Source of the DNA: Vulcanimicrobiota bacterium
Lineage (GTDB): Bacteria > Vulcanimicrobiota > Vulcanimicrobiia > Eremiobacterales > Eremiobacteraceae
DNA length: 64,000 nt
Direction: 5' to 3'
Assembly: GCA_963812135.1 (NCBI GenBank)
Contig: CAWETU010000001.1
Span: 1,184,001 to 1,248,000, forward strand
Below are positions 47,301-56,300 of this stretch, in pieces. The position numbers were made by a program, and so were the translations under genes. The first letter of the stretch is position 1. Each line of letters starts with the position of its first letter. A model generated the notes under the pieces. It saw only the letters and a list, made by a program, of their open reading frames with translations, searched no databases and was not told the origin of the DNA.

Positions 47301-47792
47301 GCTGCCCTCGCGCAGGGCAAGCGCGCCGCTCAACTCGCGGTGGCCGAATCACATGCGGCGCTGCGCGGAGCGGCCTTGACCTGCATCGGACGCTGCCTTT
47401 TGGCGCTCGGTCAGCCTGACGAGGCACGGCGCAGCGTTGATGAGGGCGTCGGACTGCTGCGCGGCGCAGGCATCAGCGCGCATCTCGGAATCGCGCTCGC
47501 TGATTCGATCGAGGTCTCGTTGGCGGCCGGAGCCGTCGGCAAGGCCGAGGCGTCCGCTCGAGAGATTCTCGCGCTGCGCGATGGGGGTACGGCGTTGCTT
47601 GAGCGGGCGAGCGTTCTGGAAGCCGCCGCGCGGGCATTGCAGGCCAGCGGGGACACGAACGCCGCGTCCGGCGCGCAGCGGGATGCCCTGCAGGCGCTGG
47701 AAGCCACCCTGATCGCGGTCGGGTCGGACTCGCCAGAGGCGATGTGGCTGCGTGGGCAGCCGTGGTGCCGGCGGTTGCTTATCAGCGCTTGA
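44325..47792 (+). CDS. SARP/BTAD - AAA (STAND) - TPR transcriptional regulator
   Basis: LLGPPQI..LLAYLAL..LWPD; BTAD; FVGRERE; GEAGIGKS; VVEDVHWA; GNPLFL; FTHDLVR; TPR tail. Confidence 0.92.
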   Translation: MPETVTVRLRLRLLGPPQIVDDADPGWRFLPKRKSLELLAYLALHAESQLGRDTVAFALWPDANEEDARANLRRNLHVLVPLLPAAATWILVQPETLQWNVEAPAWCDVAAFRAAVEQRDFAEAARLYRGELLAGFYDEWILEERERLVRAHHDALTQLVREHRTRRDFAAAAGYAQQLLDSDPWREDAVRHLIAIRYEAGDRAAALRCYDSFAERLRAEMNVEPMPETQALRDAILHSRSTGDVRGAAATIASVAPSQAEPAWTLPFVGRERELDTLRAWWNRAATGAGAAVFVGGEAGIGKSSLVRAFAAQVGDEGGRVLYGGTSSPERFPYQAVLDALAGASSLIAASGVESTWLRELGELLPELKMLRTAAEARRAPPSELDPERRRMRLFEAMARVIETLAESRPLVLVVEDVHWAGPATLELLGYLVSRLAESHVLIVATYRADELTSGHKLTDLRRDLIARSRAANVQLGALSREEVQVVVQSVWKSDSAAPSGVQWHERSAGNPLFLSELLRDAIEAGSTDALPAHIKDAIAARLDRLSDTARATINLASVVGEAVDFEVIGAASGWDENRIADALAELLERRMLRETFDRARLRYAFTHDLVRQSAYASIQPDRRRTNHRMVARALERTFSGRLDEYAFEIASHYDAGAQPTAAVPWYLRASRAALASFANAEAAEYASRGLAHADESAQAQLFLIRATARGRLGEQEREMADLQMLERLAQQRPDRALGLEVLERLIGRHLDAGRLESATAELAKMRALLAKDSGLGTALADELEARIAYEQGRYDVADALFERTSRAYRLAADARETRAAGYHAVALRRQGRFDDAAAILEHAAESLATVDDPVRRIQHFQARILVASAKQEHAASKADADEMLSLAKQIGDRRAEADARHYLGIALGKLEQFDAAEEHFAAAIAINKLIGQRAANAAVLRNYAAMQMDRYRYRRCLELTREAEELSDQTFHLAICAYNEMVALRHLDEFEAALAQGKRAAQLAVAESHAALRGAALTCIGRCLLALGQPDEARRSVDEGVGLLRGAGISAHLGIALADSIEVSLAAGAVGKAEASAREILALRDGGTALLERASVLEAAARALQASGDTNAASGAQRDALQALEATLIAVGSDSPEAMWLRGQPWCRRLLISA

Positions 47793-47805
47793 CGCCCTCG
47801 CGCCT

Positions 47806-47840
47806 CGGGGACGCAGCGGGGACACCCGGTTTGTTACGCT
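47806..47840 (+). promoter_or_regulatory. SARP-type heptamer repeat promoter
   Basis: CGGGGAC-GCAG-CGGGGAC-ACCCGGTTTGT-TACGCT (11-bp period, extended -10). Confidence 0.6.
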
Positions 47841-47893
47841 TCCTCCCGACATGCAGCCGCCCAGCTTGAAACGCTGGGGCGGTGCTGTGGAGG

Positions 47894-48949
47894 ATGGTCA
47901 TGAGACCCTGGCTTCTCGTCGTGTTCTTCATCGCGCTCGCCATGGCGACGGCGCGGCCCGCGTTGGCCAACATCACCGGGGCATCGATAGCCGGCGCGCC
48001 GTCGTTCACAGGGCTGTGCCCGGATTCCATGACGTTCAGCGGAACCGTCACGGGGACACCCGGCACGACTTTCAGCTATGCGCTCAACCGCTTCATCAAC
48101 GGGGTGCAGCAGATCGCCGATCAGGGCGCGCACCAGATGCCGGCTTCCGGTCAGTTTCCGGTAAGCGACGCCATCACGATCAACGCCACCACATCGGGCG
48201 CCACCTTCGATCAGATCTGGGTGCACGGCATCGCCGGCGGCCAGATGGACGTGTATAGCAACAAGCAGCCTTTTGCGGTCAACTGCCGAGTGGCGTATCC
48301 CATCGGCATCGGCCCGGGCGTCACCAGCGCGATCGAAACAACGGTGGCACTCGCCCCCTCGAACATGCTGAACACGTACGCGTACCGCGAGACGCAGATG
48401 GCGGGCGGCGGCACACTAGGGTTCGACGTTTGCACCTATTTCGCCCAAAGCAATGGCTCGTATCGAGAGGATGCATGGGCGGGCAAAGAGATCGTCGTCG
48501 GATACGAGCAGCAGCAAGGTTCATCGTGCGACTTCCATGGCAACTACGTCTATCGCGGGGCAGTGAAATTCGATCTTTCAAGCCTGGCGGGTAAGACCGT
48601 CCAAAAAGCGATCTTGACGTTCCACATCAGAGGCAGTCACCAACCGTTGCAGGTCTTTGTTCCGCTTAATTGCGCCGCCGGAGTTTTCATGGGCACGACG
48701 GACTGGACCGTCGGACCTTACCCTGAGAGCTGGGAAGTGCCGGTCGGTGATCTCGTCGGTCCTGTGAGTCAGATCGGCTGGAACGTGAGTCCGATCGACG
48801 TCACCAGTCGCGTCAGCTCGTGGGTGCACGGCGACGTGGCGAACGATGGGTTCACGATGAAGGGCAAGATGGAGAACCTCCATGCGACCGGCGTGGATAT
48901 CTGCTCGACGTACTACAACCAATTCAAGCTGACCGTAACGTACATCTAA
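47894..48949 (+). CDS. Secreted two-module protein (paralog lacking the middle FN3-like module)
   Basis: GLCPDSMTFSGTVTGTPGTTFSYALNRFING..TFDQIWVHGI..DVYSNK; then KFDLS..IDVTS..DGF. Confidence 0.8.
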   Translation: MVMRPWLLVVFFIALAMATARPALANITGASIAGAPSFTGLCPDSMTFSGTVTGTPGTTFSYALNRFINGVQQIADQGAHQMPASGQFPVSDAITINATTSGATFDQIWVHGIAGGQMDVYSNKQPFAVNCRVAYPIGIGPGVTSAIETTVALAPSNMLNTYAYRETQMAGGGTLGFDVCTYFAQSNGSYREDAWAGKEIVVGYEQQQGSSCDFHGNYVYRGAVKFDLSSLAGKTVQKAILTFHIRGSHQPLQVFVPLNCAAGVFMGTTDWTVGPYPESWEVPVGDLVGPVSQIGWNVSPIDVTSRVSSWVHGDVANDGFTMKGKMENLHATGVDICSTYYNQFKLTVTYI

Positions 48950-48967
48950 ATCTAAAAGGAGAATAAA

Positions 48968-49918
48968 ATGGCTGGATCCATTCGCAGAGTGATATTCATC
49001 ATCGTCGGGCTGGCGCTCGTGGGCTGCAGCTCGGCGTCGACGTTCAACGGCGGGCCGTCACCGACGCCGACACCGTCGTTGACGCGCCTGTATGTCGGCC
49101 TCTCACCGTCCGGCGGACCTGGAACAGTTCCGATCTTCGTGCCGCCGCTGAGCAATGCCAGCACGGCATCGGTCACGGTTCCATTGGCCGGCGCCGGCAG
49201 CCGCGTCTTCGGCATCGCATTCGACTCCTCCAAGACGATGTATGTAGCGGACTACGGCGACGCCAACATCCAGCTGTTCGCGCCGCCGCTGTCAAACGCG
49301 AGCACTCCGACGCTGACCATGGCCAACGGGAGCCTGATTCTCCCCACCGGACTAGCGTTTGACGGCACCGGCAGGCTCTTCGTGGTGGACGGCTTCAACG
49401 AGAACGTCCAAATCTACACGCCGCCGTTCACCGCAGCGGAAACGCCGGCGGTGACGTTCGGAACCGCCACCAATCCGTACAAACTCGCCTTCGACGCGGC
49501 CGGCAAGCTCTACGTGGCGAACTTTACCTCAGCTAACGTCCAGATCTTCACGCCGCCGTTCAGCAATGCGACCACAGCGTCGACGACGATAACGATCGCC
49601 GGCGCCCAACCCGAAGGAGTCGCCTTGGATGCGGCGGGCAATCTCTACGTCTCGGACTACACCAACAGCAAGATCTTTATCTTCAATCCGCCCTTTACCA
49701 ATGCGAGCACGCCTACAACCACGATCAGCGGCGGCACGAGCGGCCTCGCCCACCCGTCGGCGCTGACGTTCGACTCCGCTGGGAATCTCTACGCCGCGAA
49801 CGAGGCCGGGCCGACAGTGACCGTCTACAGCCCGCCCTTCACCGCGTCAAGCGCGCCGGTGACGACGATAACGACTGCCGCTGGAAGCGAGCCGTTCGCC
49901 ATCACCTGGGGCCCGTGA
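48968..49918 (+). CDS. NHL-repeat lipoprotein
   Basis: Lipobox LVGC; repeated (G)LAFDxxGxLYVA..VQIFxPPF. Confidence 0.85.
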   Translation: MAGSIRRVIFIIVGLALVGCSSASTFNGGPSPTPTPSLTRLYVGLSPSGGPGTVPIFVPPLSNASTASVTVPLAGAGSRVFGIAFDSSKTMYVADYGDANIQLFAPPLSNASTPTLTMANGSLILPTGLAFDGTGRLFVVDGFNENVQIYTPPFTAAETPAVTFGTATNPYKLAFDAAGKLYVANFTSANVQIFTPPFSNATTASTTITIAGAQPEGVALDAAGNLYVSDYTNSKIFIFNPPFTNASTPTTTISGGTSGLAHPSALTFDSAGNLYAANEAGPTVTVYSPPFTASSAPVTTITTAAGSEPFAITWGP

Positions 49919-49987
49919 CGAGTCGGGGGCATTTCGGCGGAGGTCTCGATAAAGGTACCTGGCCATTCTTGGCAATACCATCGCAGC

Positions 49988-50023
49988 ACGCAAAACAGCG
50001 CAACCGCTTGCGCTGTTTTGCGT
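49988..50023. terminator. Perfect 16-bp inverted repeat, likely terminator
   Basis: ACGCAAAACAGCGCAA-CCGC-TTGCGCTGTTTTGCGT. Confidence 0.65.
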
Positions 50024-50263
50024 TGTGAGATCAAATGGTTGGTAAGCATGTGGTCAGCTATCTCTAAAAAGCATGCAGCAAGTCTCGCGAGCGCTGCTGA
50101 TACACTAACGGCCGATTGCATAAACCTCTAGGGCGTGCCCCATGTGTCGCGTTTGAGCGGGAATGCCTTGCGGGATGCCTAACCGTCCCGGCAATCTTTG
50201 AACAGCGCGACAGGTCATGTTGTGTCGTCCGCTGTTTTCGATTTCCGAGATGGAGGAAACTCT

Positions 50264-51502
50264 GTGACCACTCCGCCTCTTAACATCGGCAACACAGGAT
50301 TCATGCTCATCTGCGCGAGCCTCGTCATGCTCATGACGCCTGGCCTCGCGTTCTTCTACGGCGGTTTGGTGCAGCGCAAGAATGTGCTGACCATCATGAT
50401 GCAGAGCTTCGTGTCGCTCGGCTGGACGACGGTTATCTGGTTCGCCTTCGGGTACTCTGAGAGCTTCGGGCCTGATTGGCATGGCATCGTGGGCGATCCA
50501 ACCCACTATGCATTTCTGAGGGGAATCACCCTGCAGACTATGTTCACCGGCAACAACGCCGGCATTCCGCTTGTCGTGCATGTGGCCTATCAGATGATGT
50601 TTGCGATCATCACCCCGGCCTTGATCACCGGGGCATTCGCGAACCGCGTTACCTTCAAGGCGTATTTCTTATTCCTTACGGCCTGGCTCGTGCTCGTCTA
50701 CTTTCCGTTTGTGCATATGCTTTGGAGTCCCGACGGCATTCTTGCCAAGTGGGGCGCACTCGACTTTGCCGGCGGTATTGTGGTGCACGCCTCCGCTGGA
50801 TTTGCGGCGCTGGCTTCGGTCCTCTACATAGGGCGCCGCCACGTAGTGGACAACAAACCACACAACGTTCCACTGATCGCGCTTGGCACGGGACTGCTTT
50901 GGTTCGGCTGGTATGGATTCAACGCGGGTTCGGAGTTGCAAGTCGACTCCGTGACGGCCTCCGCTTTCCTGAACACCGACATTGCGGCGTCCTTCGCGGC
51001 TATCACGTGGCTATTGGTCGAATGGTTCCGCGGTAGTCAGCCTAAGTTCGTCGGTCTTCTGACCGGCGCGGTGGCGGGACTTGCGACGATCACGCCTGCT
51101 GCAGGTTACGTTTCGCCGACCACGGCGGTAATATTCGGCATTTGCTCGGGATTGATCTGCTACTTCGCCGTTGCGCTGAAAAACCGTCAGGGTTGGGATG
51201 ACGCGCTTGACGTCTGGGGCGTGCACGGAGTGGGCGGCTTCCTTGGCATCGTTCTGTTGGGCGTGTTCGCCTCCAAGGCATGGAATCCGAATGGCGCTGA
51301 CGGGTTGCTTCTCGGCGGCACAGCATTTTTCGCCAAGCAGTTCATAGCCGCGTTGGTCTGCAGCACTTGGGCATTTTGCTTCACGTACGGCATGCTGTGG
51401 TTGATCAATCGTATCACGCCCGCGAAGGTCGATCCCGTCGCCGAGGAGCGCGGTTTAGATGCCGAGCTCCACGGTGAGGAGGCTTACCCGGTAGCCATGT
51501 AG
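50264..51502 (+). CDS. amt: Ammonium transporter
   Basis: GGAGG RBS then GTG; MTPGLAFFYGG, DFAGGIVVH, LLWFGWYGFNAGS, DDALDVWGVHG. Confidence 0.95.
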   Translation: MTTPPLNIGNTGFMLICASLVMLMTPGLAFFYGGLVQRKNVLTIMMQSFVSLGWTTVIWFAFGYSESFGPDWHGIVGDPTHYAFLRGITLQTMFTGNNAGIPLVVHVAYQMMFAIITPALITGAFANRVTFKAYFLFLTAWLVLVYFPFVHMLWSPDGILAKWGALDFAGGIVVHASAGFAALASVLYIGRRHVVDNKPHNVPLIALGTGLLWFGWYGFNAGSELQVDSVTASAFLNTDIAASFAAITWLLVEWFRGSQPKFVGLLTGAVAGLATITPAAGYVSPTTAVIFGICSGLICYFAVALKNRQGWDDALDVWGVHGVGGFLGIVLLGVFASKAWNPNGADGLLLGGTAFFAKQFIAALVCSTWAFCFTYGMLWLINRITPAKVDPVAEERGLDAELHGEEAYPVAM

Positions 51503-51517
51503 GCTGGCGACCGCAAA

Positions 51518-52417
51518 CTAGGTAAAGTCGCGCAAATTGCCTGGAGTCAGACCGGTGGCGCGCCGCACGCAACGAGCCATGTGGCTCTGGTTCGCAAAAC
51601 CGGCCTGAAGGGCCACATCGATCAATGGAAGCTTGCCGTTTAGGAGCAAATCGATCGCATATTCCACGCGGAGCCGGATGACATACTGATGAACCGGCGC
51701 GCCCACGGATCGCTTGAACAGCGCCTTGAAGTGCGAGGGGCTTAGGCTTGCGACTTCAGCGAGTTCGGCCAAGCGGAGGTCATGCGATAGGTGGTCGCGG
51801 ATGTAGTCAACCACACGTTGCAGTCGCCGCTTGGGCAAGCCATTGGGGATGCGCGACTCGACCGGTGCGTGGTGCGACAGCAGGCGCGTCGCCAGCGCCA
51901 ATCCGAGACTATCTGCGTACAGCCGACCGGTAGGCTCGCTCGCTTCCAATTCGGCCTTGATCGCCCAGCCGACGTGCTCGATTTGCGGATCCCTGAACTG
52001 CAGCTGCGGCGGCATCGAAACCCGATCTGGGTTCACATCCATTCCTTCGGCCGCCGTCTGCACGAGCGACGGGCTTAGACGGATGCACACGAAGGAGGTC
52101 GGGCCTTCGTCCTCCCATGCTCCGGAAGAGCCCAGGGGGATGACATCAATGTCACCCGCGATTTGCAAACGACGAGATACGGTCCCGTCGCGACGACATG
52201 TCGTCCGGATAGGCGGTCCTACTTGCATGCCGACCGTGAGTTGTTTCATGCACGGCACTTGGCTCACGCCGCCAGACGTGTCGTAGATGGTCGCTTCGAA
52301 CCCGGTCCAGAAGCGCTCGCGGCTGGTTTGCCGCGGCGAGAATTGCATTTCGCCTTCGTCGAGCGGAGTGTACTGCATTTTTCCGTAGCTCAGCCGAGCC
52401 GAAGATGTGTCTTTCAT
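51518..52417 (-). CDS. AraC family transcriptional regulator (paralog of 34736-35605)
   Basis: Shared blocks ERFWTGFEA, DPQIEH.GWA.KAELE, GLPKRRLQ.V.DYIRDHL, ALQAGFANQSHMARCVRRATGLTP. Confidence 0.92.
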   Translation of the reverse strand: MKDTSSARLSYGKMQYTPLDEGEMQFSPRQTSRERFWTGFEATIYDTSGGVSQVPCMKQLTVGMQVGPPIRTTCRRDGTVSRRLQIAGDIDVIPLGSSGAWEDEGPTSFVCIRLSPSLVQTAAEGMDVNPDRVSMPPQLQFRDPQIEHVGWAIKAELEASEPTGRLYADSLGLALATRLLSHHAPVESRIPNGLPKRRLQRVVDYIRDHLSHDLRLAELAEVASLSPSHFKALFKRSVGAPVHQYVIRLRVEYAIDLLLNGKLPLIDVALQAGFANQSHMARCVRRATGLTPGNLRDFT

Positions 52418-52555
52418 ATCGATCGCGTTCGCGTTTGGAATCCGTAGCCGCCGTGACGGTGTCTATTTCGGCTTTCGGCACAGCGCGACATTTTCCCATC
52501 CGGCGTGACCTGAACACGTTCTGACTATTTAGAATAGAAATAGACGACGCGATCC

Positions 52556-53239
52556 CTAAATCACATCAACCTCAAATACAGCTAGAGTTGTGAAGAATTC
52601 TTGAGGCGAAAGTGCCCGTTCGCCCGGATTCGGGGCGACAAGGATGCCGAAAGTCGGCATTGGACCGCTATGGGGATATGGATCCCGAACCACGGCTCCG
52701 GCGACTTTCAACGGCTTACCGGCCGCATCAGCGTAGTAATAGACCGCGGTTAGCACCATTGCGTGCGACGGTACTAGGATCAGCAGTGGATTGTCGTTTG
52801 CCAACGCCGCGACGACCCTTGGCAGGTTCCCACTGAGCGATGTGCCGCTCGTCGTCACTGTCGAACCATCAGCACCGCTGGTGTACGTATGGTTAAGGTA
52901 TTTCGGAATGGCTTGCGTCGGAAGAGCCACAGGTATGGCCGCGCCAAAGAGGTCCTTGACGATGTCGTTTTGGGAAACAGTCCCGCCATGGTATGCGATA
53001 ATCATCGCCATCGATGCTGCGTAGCACCAAACTGGAGTTGTTTGAAACCGAAACGCGGGGTTCATCGAAACAGACGTGATTCCAGCGCCACATATTCGGG
53101 CGCCGGGGGATACTGGGTGACATGGAATCGTCGCCGCCAAGGCAGGCGCTCGATTCGTAGACTCAACGATCGCAAACACCAAGCTAAGGTGAAGCACGAT
53201 CAGAAAAACGAACCGTCTATTCACAAGAAAGTAACTCAC
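52556..53239 (-). CDS. Secreted papain-like cysteine peptidase (C39/C70-like)
   Basis: FQTTPVWCYAASMAM (QxxxxWC), SHAMVLTAV, VRDPYP. Confidence 0.7.
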   Translation of the reverse strand: MSYFLVNRRFVFLIVLHLSLVFAIVESTNRAPALAATIPCHPVSPGARICGAGITSVSMNPAFRFQTTPVWCYAASMAMIIAYHGGTVSQNDIVKDLFGAAIPVALPTQAIPKYLNHTYTSGADGSTVTTSGTSLSGNLPRVVAALANDNPLLILVPSHAMVLTAVYYYADAAGKPLKVAGAVVRDPYPHSGPMPTFGILVAPNPGERALSPQEFFTTLAVFEVDVI

Positions 53240-53376
53240 TATCAGGAATCACCGGCGATAAGCGAGACCGGCACAAGCTGGCGTTCTGTGCGTTGGTTTC
53301 AGGAGCCTGTCTGAATGTTCCGCGGCATCGTCATCGCGTTGTTTATCTTGTTGTTCGCCGTTGCGTCGCATTGTAA

Positions 53377-53421
53377 TGGTGGGCGCGAGAGGTCTCGAAC
53401 CTCTGACCCCTACAGTGTCAA
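53377..53421 (-). repeat. attR: exact 45-bp duplicate of the tRNA-Val 3' half
   Basis: TGGTGGGCGCGAGAGGTCTCGAACCTCTGACCCCTACAGTGTCAA identical to 56301-56345. Confidence 0.92.
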
Positions 53422-53504
53422 AGAGCGAATGAAGTGCCAGCCTGAGAAGTTACGGTGCTTCTGGTGCCAGCCGGTATCAACGAATCGCCGCCCGTACCAG
53501 GTAG

Positions 53505-53525
53505 TTGGTCAGCATTTGGTCAGCA
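53505..53525 (+). repeat. Tandem TTGGTCAGCA x2 (putative integrase arm sites)
   Basis: TTGGTCAGCA-T-TTGGTCAGCA about 85 bp inside attR. Confidence 0.65.
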
Positions 53526-53632
53526 ATTTGAAGCGCGGCTGACAAGCCCCCTCGACCCCTTGCTGGCCCTGAAAATGGAACTTGATCGTCGGGTGCGCAG
53601 TTCCAAAATGTTTCAAGAACTTTTCGCCGACT

Positions 53633-56074
53633 TCAGATCTTCAGCGCTTCTTCGATCGCCTGATCTTCTGACCAGGCAGCGCCTTCCGACATCAACTGCT
53701 CGAGGTACTTCTTGCCGAGATGCTCGACCAATGGCTGTTGAATCCAATCGACGCTTTCTTCTGTGAACATGTCTTCGAGCCAGCGCCATGATACCGGGCC
53801 TGCTCGCCCGCAGCCAAGCAACCGAGCCGCGCTTTCGAACTCGCCGCGCTGCATCGCAACGCCGGCGAGCGCTCGAAATGCGACTGAGAGCCCAAAGCCG
53901 ACGAATTCTTGGCGTGCGTGCGTCACTGCGTTGTGGGCGGTAGTCCTCGCCTCAGCCACCTTGTCTGCTCGTACTTCGTAGTACGCTCTGCTGCTTTGGG
54001 CCAACAGCGCCAAGCCCCGATCGCCCATCTCTTCCGCGATGTGTTGTACTTGTTCGATAAACTCTATCGCTCGGCGGGTATCGCCTGTCTGCTGCTCCAA
54101 CGTCGCGCGGTCAATCAACGCGAGCGCATAATTGCGGTTTACGGGAGAATCCTTATGCAACCCAAGTGCCTCATCAGAGAGCTTGCGCGCAGCATTGAGG
54201 TCCCCACGCTTGCGGTTCAGTTGCGCTAGCACTCCAAGCGCAGACGCGGCACGAAAGGGATTCGCGAGCTTGCGCGCTAGCGCGAGATTCTCGGATAAGA
54301 TGGATTCGGCTTCATCGAAACGATTCTTGTAAACGAGAGACTCGCCGTGATATTGCAACGCCCGAAGAAGCAGACGTTCGTCTTGTACGGCGCGTGCTGT
54401 TTGTAGCACTCGTTCGGAGGCGGCGACAGCGTCTTGCGGAGCGGTAAACACGATCATGCGTTGGGTGGCAAGCGCAAGACCAAGGGCAAGCAACGGGTGT
54501 CGCTCCGCGTCTATGAGCAGGAGCGCCGTCTCCGTCCAACGCCGCCCTTCGCGGAAATCCCGATCCATCCAATAGGAGAAAAGGACTTGCGCCATGTCAG
54601 CGCCGACCTTGGGGTCATTGCGTTGTGCGAGGCACCAGTCGAGCGCCGCGCGGATGTTGTCGATCTCCTGATCGATGGCCGCAAGATATACACTTTCAGC
54701 AACGGCAGAAGTGTCGTTAAGCACGCGCTTCACGTACTTGTGGTAGCACTGCGCATGCCGTTGTGCGATCGCGTCGAAGACGCCGGAACGTGCGAGAATT
54801 TCAGCGCCATATTGACGCAGCGACTCCAACAACCGATAGCGCTGCGACTCGCCACTAAACTCTACGACGACGAGCGATTTGTCGACGAGCGACGAGAGGT
54901 AGTCTAGAATCGCGAGCTCGTCGAGCGTTTCGCTTGCGCACACATCGCTCGCGGCCTGGAGCGTCCAACCGCCCTGAAAGATTGACAGGCGGTCGAATAG
55001 CGTTCGCTCGTCTTCGGTCAGCAGTTCGTAGCTCCAATCAATCGTGGCTCGCATCGTCTGCTGGCGCCGCAGGGCCGTACGGTCGCCTCCGGTGAGCAGA
55101 CGGAGGCGCTCTCCTAACCGCTGAGCCAGCTGGCTGGCGCTCAGGATCGTGATGCGCGCGGCCGCCAATTCGATGGCCAACGCGATGCCGTCCAAATGGC
55201 GGCAGATGTCGGCGACGATCGCCGATTTGCTCTCGTCAAACTCAAAGCGCGCATCGGCGGCGCTGGCCCGCGCGACAAACAACGCTACCGCACCGTAACC
55301 CAAGGCCTCTGCCGGGGACAGCGTCGCGTGGTCGGGCGGCACAGCAAGCGAAGGCACGCGATACACATGCTCGCCACTCACGTTGAGCCGTTCGCGGCTT
55401 GTCGCGAGAATCTTTACGTCGGGGCAACCCTTTAGGATGGCGGCTACGAACCGCGACGCTTCAGCCACAACGTGTTCGCAGTTGTCGAGGATCAGCAGCA
55501 GCCGTTTGCTCTTGAGGTACTGACGCAGCTGATCCAACGGCGCCCGCTCTCCTTGGAGTCGGATTTCGAGCGCCGTCGCGATCTCAGGGAGCACGAAGTC
55601 AGCCCCAGTCACGTGCGCGAGATCGACGAACCAGACGCCGTCGTCCAAGTCGTTGAGCAGGTCCGCCCCGGTTTGCAGAGCGAGGCGTGTCTTGCCCACG
55701 CCGCCGGTACCGACGAGCGTGAAGAACCGCGCGTTTGCAAGCTGAGCCTTCACCTCGTCCAGTTCTGCGTCACGTCCGATGAAGGTCGTCTGCTGAATCG
55801 GGAGATTGTTCAGAGGAACATGAGGCTGGCTCGAAGGTGCAGCCCGGGCAAACCCACTCCGAAGAACGGCCGCGGCGAGATCAACCCGCGAATGCACGTC
55901 CAACTTGCTGAAAATCGAGCTGACATGACTTTCGACCGTCCGCTCGCTTAGGTAGAGCACGTCGGCGATCGCACGATTCGACTTCCCGTGAGCGACCAAT
56001 TCAGCAACTTCGCGCTCGCGAGCGGATAGAAGGTTCGTCTGCACTACGTCATTTGGCGTCGTGTCGTTGTCCAT
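53633..56074 (-). CDS. LuxR-HTH - NB-ARC/ATPase - TPR (STAND) regulator
   Basis: [69 protein letters not shown]. Confidence 0.92.
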   Translation of the reverse strand: MDNDTTPNDVVQTNLLSAREREVAELVAHGKSNRAIADVLYLSERTVESHVSSIFSKLDVHSRVDLAAAVLRSGFARAAPSSQPHVPLNNLPIQQTTFIGRDAELDEVKAQLANARFFTLVGTGGVGKTRLALQTGADLLNDLDDGVWFVDLAHVTGADFVLPEIATALEIRLQGERAPLDQLRQYLKSKRLLLILDNCEHVVAEASRFVAAILKGCPDVKILATSRERLNVSGEHVYRVPSLAVPPDHATLSPAEALGYGAVALFVARASAADARFEFDESKSAIVADICRHLDGIALAIELAAARITILSASQLAQRLGERLRLLTGGDRTALRRQQTMRATIDWSYELLTEDERTLFDRLSIFQGGWTLQAASDVCASETLDELAILDYLSSLVDKSLVVVEFSGESQRYRLLESLRQYGAEILARSGVFDAIAQRHAQCYHKYVKRVLNDTSAVAESVYLAAIDQEIDNIRAALDWCLAQRNDPKVGADMAQVLFSYWMDRDFREGRRWTETALLLIDAERHPLLALGLALATQRMIVFTAPQDAVAASERVLQTARAVQDERLLLRALQYHGESLVYKNRFDEAESILSENLALARKLANPFRAASALGVLAQLNRKRGDLNAARKLSDEALGLHKDSPVNRNYALALIDRATLEQQTGDTRRAIEFIEQVQHIAEEMGDRGLALLAQSSRAYYEVRADKVAEARTTAHNAVTHARQEFVGFGLSVAFRALAGVAMQRGEFESAARLLGCGRAGPVSWRWLEDMFTEESVDWIQQPLVEHLGKKYLEQLMSEGAAWSEDQAIEEALKI

Positions 56075-56208
56075 AAGAAGGCGATGGTATCGTGACCATC
56101 AGTGAGACAGTAGTTAAGTTGGGATCCGGTCCGAGCTCTGTTCGCCGAGGTTCGCCGCGAACTCTGCCGCCGGCAAGTTTGCCAAGGGCCGACGGATCGC
56201 CGCACCAC

Positions 56209-56228
56209 TTGGTCAGCATTGGTCAGCA
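56209..56228 (+). repeat. Tandem TTGGTCAGCA x2 (putative integrase arm sites)
   Basis: TTGGTCAGCATTGGTCAGCA about 72 bp inside attL. Confidence 0.65.
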
Positions 56229-56300
56229 TTTTTGGAGAGTACCACAAGCGCTGAAGCGGTTGAAGAAGCCACAGGGGGCCTGTGGCATCAAGGTTTCCGA

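Noticed and set aside
44325..47792. Avs-type antiphage STAND system
   Set aside because: The N-terminus is a wHTH-BTAD DNA-binding module, not a nuclease, TIR or SIR2 effector, so it reads as a transcriptional regulator. The same applies to the LuxR-headed STAND at 53633.
18551..53300. Integron cassette array or CRISPR array
   Set aside because: Genes lie in mixed orientation, and I saw no recurring attC-like or regularly spaced repeats, integrase or cas genes.
53377..53421. Second tRNA-Val gene
   Set aside because: Only the 3' 45 nt are present, with no D-arm or 5' acceptor strand; it is an att repeat.
53315..53542. 75-aa ORF across attR
   Set aside because: It reads through the tRNA-derived repeat and arm sites, so it is likely spurious.
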